Origin: Dehalococcoidia bacterium
GTDB taxonomy: Bacteria > Chloroflexota > Dehalococcoidia > Plut-88900
Length of the DNA: 64,000 nt
Assembly (NCBI GenBank): GCA_965197645.1
Contig: OZ240219.1
Coordinates: 1-64,000 of the forward strand
Reading direction: 5' to 3'
Below, one piece after another: positions 59,691-64,000 of the stretch. The position numbers were made by a program, and so were the translations under genes. Position 1 is the stretch's first letter, and each line of letters begins with the position of its first letter. Below the pieces are notes generated by a model. That model did no database searches. It was not told where the DNA came from and was given only the letters and a program-made list of their open reading frames with translations.

Positions 59691-60077
59691 ATTCTCCTCC
59701 AGCACTGTTTGACTATCACCTATGACAATATACCATCCGGCCTACACATGACCAGTGCGGTGACGGAAACCGGCACAGAGCTACCCTCGAAGGTGGTGGC
59801 GCAGAACACTTGCTCCGCGTCCCAGGCCATAACGGATGTCCTGGTCCCAACCGCTCGCCCTCGGACGGTCTGGTAGCTTGGGGTGATGTTACTGTCTGAG
59901 TCTTCGGACAAGGAGGCCCGTAGCCCCGCAGTCGGAAACGGAGATACCGACGTTCGCGGTCGGTTGTGCAACCTAACCCAGACCTGACATTAAGGGAAAG
60001 GAACCCGGTGGGCTCCCTCGATGCGGGGTTCTGAGGCGGGCTCTGCTATTGATGCAGACCGGTGTCTAACTTACGTC

Positions 60078-61025
60078 TCAGAGACGATTACTGCGACCGG
60101 GAGGAAGGTATTTTCGAGGGAATTTGGCCACCACCGTGTACATAAGATCGACGAAGTTGGCCAGCCTGGCCTCAGCTATATGGGAGCACAGCTGGTAGGC
60201 GGTAAATCGATCGAAGCCATAGTCCTGCTCCAACCAGACCACCAGCTCGTAGAAAGCTATGCGAGCCGCATCCTCCAGGGGACGGGCGCTGCCGGTCGTC
60301 ATTATGTGGTCGCTATTCTCGATCCGAGGGCCGCCAACGGCGCTGTTCTTTATCAGGTCAACCGAAACCGTGGCCAACGCGGGAATCTCGACGGCCACCC
60401 CCGTGATCTCGCCATCGCCCTGGGCCGCGTGCACATCTCCGGCGTAGAGATGAGCGCCTGGCACGTTGACGGGCAGGTGGACCGTGCTGCCGGCACAGAC
60501 GTCGGAGGCGTCCATATCGCCGCCATGGGGCCCAGCCGAGAGGCTGGAGACCGCCTCCATCTCCGGGGAGGTCCCTATGGTGCCGAAGAAGGGTCGCAGA
60601 GGAAGAAGAGGGATGTCCAGGTTGGGGTCGAAGACCACCCCATCAGCTTGGATCGGGTGGATAGTGACCCGTTCCGGGAGAGGTTCGTTGAGGGTCCGAG
60701 TAAAGGCGGTGCCACACAGTCCACCCCAATAGGGGATGATGGCGCTGACTCCATAGTCTCGCGCGGGTTGAATATCGTAGATGGTAACCGAGAGCCTGTC
60801 GCCTTTCTCGGCGCCTTCGACGTAGATGGGGCCAGTAAGATCGTTTACGTAGGGAAACCTGGCTTTAGACGTGATAGAGGTATCTCCCGGACCAATACGG
60901 TTACCGAATGCGTCAGCGGTTTCCACCTGAAATTTCTCGCCGGGGACGACCGACTCCAGGGGTTCCCGATAAGGACCGATCACGTAACAAGGCCCGGGAG
61001 CATCTCGCCAGGAGATTCGTTTCAT
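60078..61025 (-). CDS. Acetamidase/formamidase family protein
   Basis: TGPIYVEGAEKGD, GPHGGDMD, GDVHAAQGDGE. Confidence 0.9.
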   Translation of the reverse strand: MKRISWRDAPGPCYVIGPYREPLESVVPGEKFQVETADAFGNRIGPGDTSITSKARFPYVNDLTGPIYVEGAEKGDRLSVTIYDIQPARDYGVSAIIPYWGGLCGTAFTRTLNEPLPERVTIHPIQADGVVFDPNLDIPLLPLRPFFGTIGTSPEMEAVSSLSAGPHGGDMDASDVCAGSTVHLPVNVPGAHLYAGDVHAAQGDGEITGVAVEIPALATVSVDLIKNSAVGGPRIENSDHIMTTGSARPLEDAARIAFYELVVWLEQDYGFDRFTAYQLCSHIAEARLANFVDLMYTVVAKFPRKYLPPGRSNRL

Positions 61026-61046
61026 CTTTTGCACCTCTTCGGTGGG

Positions 61047-62033
61047 CTAGAAATCGAAGCGGGTGCCCACGCCGTTGCGGACTGCCAGCTTGTACACGTA
61101 TTGAGCGGTCGAGATGTCCTGGATCGAGAGCCCCACGCTCTTGAAGAAGGTGACCTCCTGGTCCGACTCCCGACCTTTCTTTGCACCAGTAATGAGTTCT
61201 CCAAGCCCACAGTAAACGTCCTCCGGGCTGAGAGCGCCCTCGGCGATGGGGATCTTCAGGTCTCCCGCTTCCGCCAGCGAAGCAGGGGTATGGTCACACA
61301 CGATTTTCGACCGCACGGCTGTCCTGGTGTCCAGCTCTCTGACATCCGGGGTGTGGGCGCCGACGCCGTTGATATGGGTGCCGGGCTTGACCCAGTCCCA
61401 GTCGACTATCGGGGTTGCCGCGGTGGTCGCCAGGGCGAGTACGTCGGAACTCTCGACCAGCTGACGGGAACTCATTGTTACCTCAACGGGGATACCCAGC
61501 ATGTCGCTAGCCTCCCGGGCGAACTGCTCCTGCTCGTCCGGGGAGCTGGTGGAGAAGCAGAGGGCCTTGTCGAGGTTGCAGACGGTGGCCATGGCCCACA
61601 GCTGAGTCCTGGCCTGGACCCCCGTACCCAGCACCCCGGCCACCCGGGAACCCTCTCTTGCCAGAATCTTGGTGGCGAGGCCGGAGATAGCCCCGGTCCT
61701 CACGGCGGTGAGATATGAGGCGTCCATGATGCAGATGGTCTGTCCAGTGGTCTCATCCAAGAGGACTATCGTCGCCAGCGTGGCGGGGAGGTTGTGCCTG
61801 GAGGGGTTGTCTTTGTAGACGGTGACCGCCTTGATTCCCAATGCTCCCGCGCTCTTGAGCTGGGCCGGCATGAAAGCAAACCAGCCGTTGTGGTCCGGGT
61901 CGGTTACGGCGATGCGCTGGGGCATCAAGGCGGTGCCGCCGGCGAGCTCGGAGAAGGCCTCTTCCATCAGGAGTATCGCCTGGTCCATGCTCAACAGTCG
62001 CTTGACATCCTCACCACTTAGAAGCAAGGCCAT
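61047..62033 (-). CDS. Ornithine cyclodeaminase/mu-crystallin family (alanine dehydrogenase-like)
   Basis: LTAVRTGA, GTGVQA, HINGVG, EAGD, FKSVGLSIQD. Confidence 0.92.
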   Translation of the reverse strand: MALLLSGEDVKRLLSMDQAILLMEEAFSELAGGTALMPQRIAVTDPDHNGWFAFMPAQLKSAGALGIKAVTVYKDNPSRHNLPATLATIVLLDETTGQTICIMDASYLTAVRTGAISGLATKILAREGSRVAGVLGTGVQARTQLWAMATVCNLDKALCFSTSSPDEQEQFAREASDMLGIPVEVTMSSRQLVESSDVLALATTAATPIVDWDWVKPGTHINGVGAHTPDVRELDTRTAVRSKIVCDHTPASLAEAGDLKIPIAEGALSPEDVYCGLGELITGAKKGRESDQEVTFFKSVGLSIQDISTAQYVYKLAVRNGVGTRFDF

Positions 62034-62146
62034 GTCACACTCCATCTCCCGAATCATCCGGGGGGTTCTTCTCGTGATATAGTTCCAAAGCCCGGTTGGA
62101 GAGAATACTACCAGACGAAACACGAGGCTAGATACGAGGGGACGCC

Positions 62147-63073
62147 ATGAGTGATATCCACGTAGGAGTGAGCGCGGGGGACGAGTTCACACAGCTGGGG
62201 GGCCTGGCTGCACACGCAGAGCAGCTGGGATTCGAGTCCATCTGGACCGGTGAGCACATGACCAACTTCGGGCCAAACCTGTCCGGCATTCCGGTGATGG
62301 CGACCTTCGCCAGCTGTACCAAGACCATGAAGGTGGGCGCCGCCATCACTCTGTTTCCCCTGCGGCACCCGACGGTGGTAGCCAAGGAGATCTCGACGCT
62401 TGACATCATATCGGGCGGAAGGATCATATTCGGCATAGGGATAGGCGGAGAGAACCCGAAAGAGTTCGAGGCCTGCGGCATTGACGTCCGGGAGCGGGGG
62501 CCGAGGACCGACGAAGGTCTCGAGCTGGTACGTAAGCTGTGGACAGGCGAGCCGGTGACCCACAAGGGACGCTTTTTCGAGATGGAAGACATCGTGATGG
62601 AACCGACTCCAGTACAGAAGCCCGGCCCTCCGATATACGTGGCGGGCCGCCGGGACGGCGCCATGCGCAGGGCCGTGATGCACGGCGACGGCTGGTTCCC
62701 CTATCTCTACGACCCCGATAGATACAGGCAAAGCGTGGACAGGATACGGGAGGTTGCAGCGGAGAAGGACAGGGACCTATCGAACTTCGGTTGGGCCCTC
62801 TACCAGTTCATCGCCATTGAGGACACCTACGAGAGGGCACTGGAGATAGGAATCGAAAATCTGGGAGGGAACTATAACCAGGATTTCACTTCCATCGCTC
62901 CCAGGTATGCGGCCCTGGGCACGGCGGACCAGTGCCTGGAGCGGTTGCACCAGTTCTACGAAGCCGGTGCCCGAGAGTTCGTGCTGGCGCCGATGACTCA
63001 CCAAGGAGAAAACGTAGCCTCCAAGCTGGAGCAGATGGCCGAAGACCTTTTGCCGGCGATTAAAGGGTTTTAA
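62147..63073 (+). CDS. LLM class flavin-dependent oxidoreductase
   Basis: AEQLGFESIWTGEH, PLRHP, LDIISGGR, PVQKPGPPI. Confidence 0.92.
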   Translation: MSDIHVGVSAGDEFTQLGGLAAHAEQLGFESIWTGEHMTNFGPNLSGIPVMATFASCTKTMKVGAAITLFPLRHPTVVAKEISTLDIISGGRIIFGIGIGGENPKEFEACGIDVRERGPRTDEGLELVRKLWTGEPVTHKGRFFEMEDIVMEPTPVQKPGPPIYVAGRRDGAMRRAVMHGDGWFPYLYDPDRYRQSVDRIREVAAEKDRDLSNFGWALYQFIAIEDTYERALEIGIENLGGNYNQDFTSIAPRYAALGTADQCLERLHQFYEAGAREFVLAPMTHQGENVASKLEQMAEDLLPAIKGF

Positions 63074-63088
63074 CGGGTCAACGACATA

Positions 63089-63250
63089 AGGGGTGTGCAG
63101 AGGGGCGAAGCTCTTTGTCCAGGACAGAGTGCTTGGGGCCGGGAGTCTGAGGGCCTGCCCTGAGCCCACCGAAGGGGTGTCCCTCAGATTTTAATCAACA
63201 CCCCCTTCCTAGCCAGGAAGGGGCCCCGGGGGATGGTCGCGAAGGTTCTT
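63089..63250 (+). repeat. Structured intergenic repeat (REP/MITE-like) between convergent genes
   Basis: GGGGTGTGCAGAGGGGCGAAG..GGGAGTCTGAGGG..TGTCCCTCAGA..CCCCTTCCTAGCCAGGAAGGGG; partial copy at 42041-42096. Confidence 0.6.
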
Positions 63251-63260
63251 CAGAACCCCC

Positions 63261-64000
63261 CTAGTGGAACTTGGGGTCTCGTTTCTCTCGGAAGGCGGTT
63301 ACAGCCTCGCGGAACTCGGCTGTGTCCATGCCCTTGTTAAAGGTGACCGACTCTTCGGCGTCTATGGCATCGAAGTCTCTGGAGACAGCATTCTCGCGAA
63401 GCAACCGTTTCGTTTCGGCCAGATGCCAAACGGGCGCCTCCGCAATGGTCTGGGCCAGCTCTACTGCCCGGTCCACAAGCTCCTCCTTGGGATAGACCTG
63501 CAGCACCAGCCCCATCTCCTTGGCCTCCTGCCCGGTGAAGAAGCGGGCCGTAAGCATCAGCTCGGTGGCTCTGCCCAGGCCGACCAGCTTGGGGAGCATA
63601 TGGGTGCTCCCCAGCTCGGGCGTGATGCCGAGACGAACGAACCGGAAGGACATCCTGGCATCGGGGTCGGCGAGACGAATATCGCACAGGAGGGTATGAG
63701 TAAGGCCTATTCCCACGGCCACGCCATTGATGGCGCAGATGATCGGTTTGGAGATACTGCGGAACGTCTGGGCCCAACCCTCGGCCTCGCCGTCGGATGC
63801 CGTGTGGCCGCTTATCCTCTGTTCGAAGTTGGCGATGTCGGCGCCGGCGCTGTAGGCCCTACCCTCGCCGGTGAGCACGATGGCTCCCACGCTATCGTCC
63901 GAGTTCCACTCCCTCAGCTGCCCAAAAAGCTCGTCCCGCATGGTAGAGCCTATGGCGTTCAGCCTATCGGGCTGGTTCAGCTTGATGATTCCAGCTCGAC
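63261..64000 (-). CDS. Enoyl-CoA hydratase/isomerase (5' end beyond the window)
   Basis: LNQPDRLNA, FSAGAD-like YSAGAD, INGVAVGIG, LGITPE, AFREKR. Confidence 0.92.
   Translation of the reverse strand, partial: RAGIIKLNQPDRLNAIGSTMRDELFGQLREWNSDDSVGAIVLTGEGRAYSAGADIANFEQRISGHTASDGEAEGWAQTFRSISKPIICAINGVAVGIGLTHTLLCDIRLADPDARMSFRFVRLGITPELGSTHMLPKLVGLGRATELMLTARFFTGQEAKEMGLVLQVYPKEELVDRAVELAQTIAEAPVWHLAETKRLLRENAVSRDFDAIDAEESVTFNKGMDTAEFREAVTAFREKRDPKFH

Noticed and set aside
59720-60060. Unassigned intergenic stretch with short ORFs
   Set aside because: No convincing protein motif, RBS or RNA family was recognised.
60021-61718. 565-aa plus-strand ORF and similar long antisense ORFs elsewhere
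   Set aside because: These are antisense shadows of well-supported genes, expected in GC-rich DNA.

Overview
GC-rich bacterial DNA. The gene content (LLM monooxygenase, paired CoA-transferases, amidohydrolase, NiSOD, many Pro/Thr-linker lipoproteins, giant cadherin proteins) is most consistent with Chloroflexota, Dehalococcoidia/SAR202-like and possibly host-associated; this taxonomy is inference only. Layout: (1) 1-6540 is part of an ICE/phage-like element (Cas4/YqaJ-like nuclease, SSB, RadC/JAB, stand-alone TSCPD domain, DNA methyltransferase, truncated helicase). It has recurring intergenic hairpins and many proteins ending in -AA. (2) 6.5-28.5 kb is a mosaic of glycosyltransferases, iron and zinc uptake genes, a DUF5131/TcmP pair behind a LexA-like box, an LprG-like/MFS pair and several gene remnants. 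(3) 28.9-41.2 kb is a cell-surface island: a giant cadherin-repeat protein ending in a dockerin-like module, a membrane-anchored protein with three near-identical cohesin-like repeats, and a divergent animal-type thioester (alpha-2-macroglobulin/CD109-like) lipoprotein. (4) 41-64 kb holds a toxin-antitoxin pair, catabolic genes, sodX/sodN and dnaN. The best candidate for an undescribed system is the putative cohesin-dockerin-like adhesin display pair at 28897-36646. No rRNA, tRNA or CRISPR array was recognised. All family calls come from reading motifs by eye; no searches were run.
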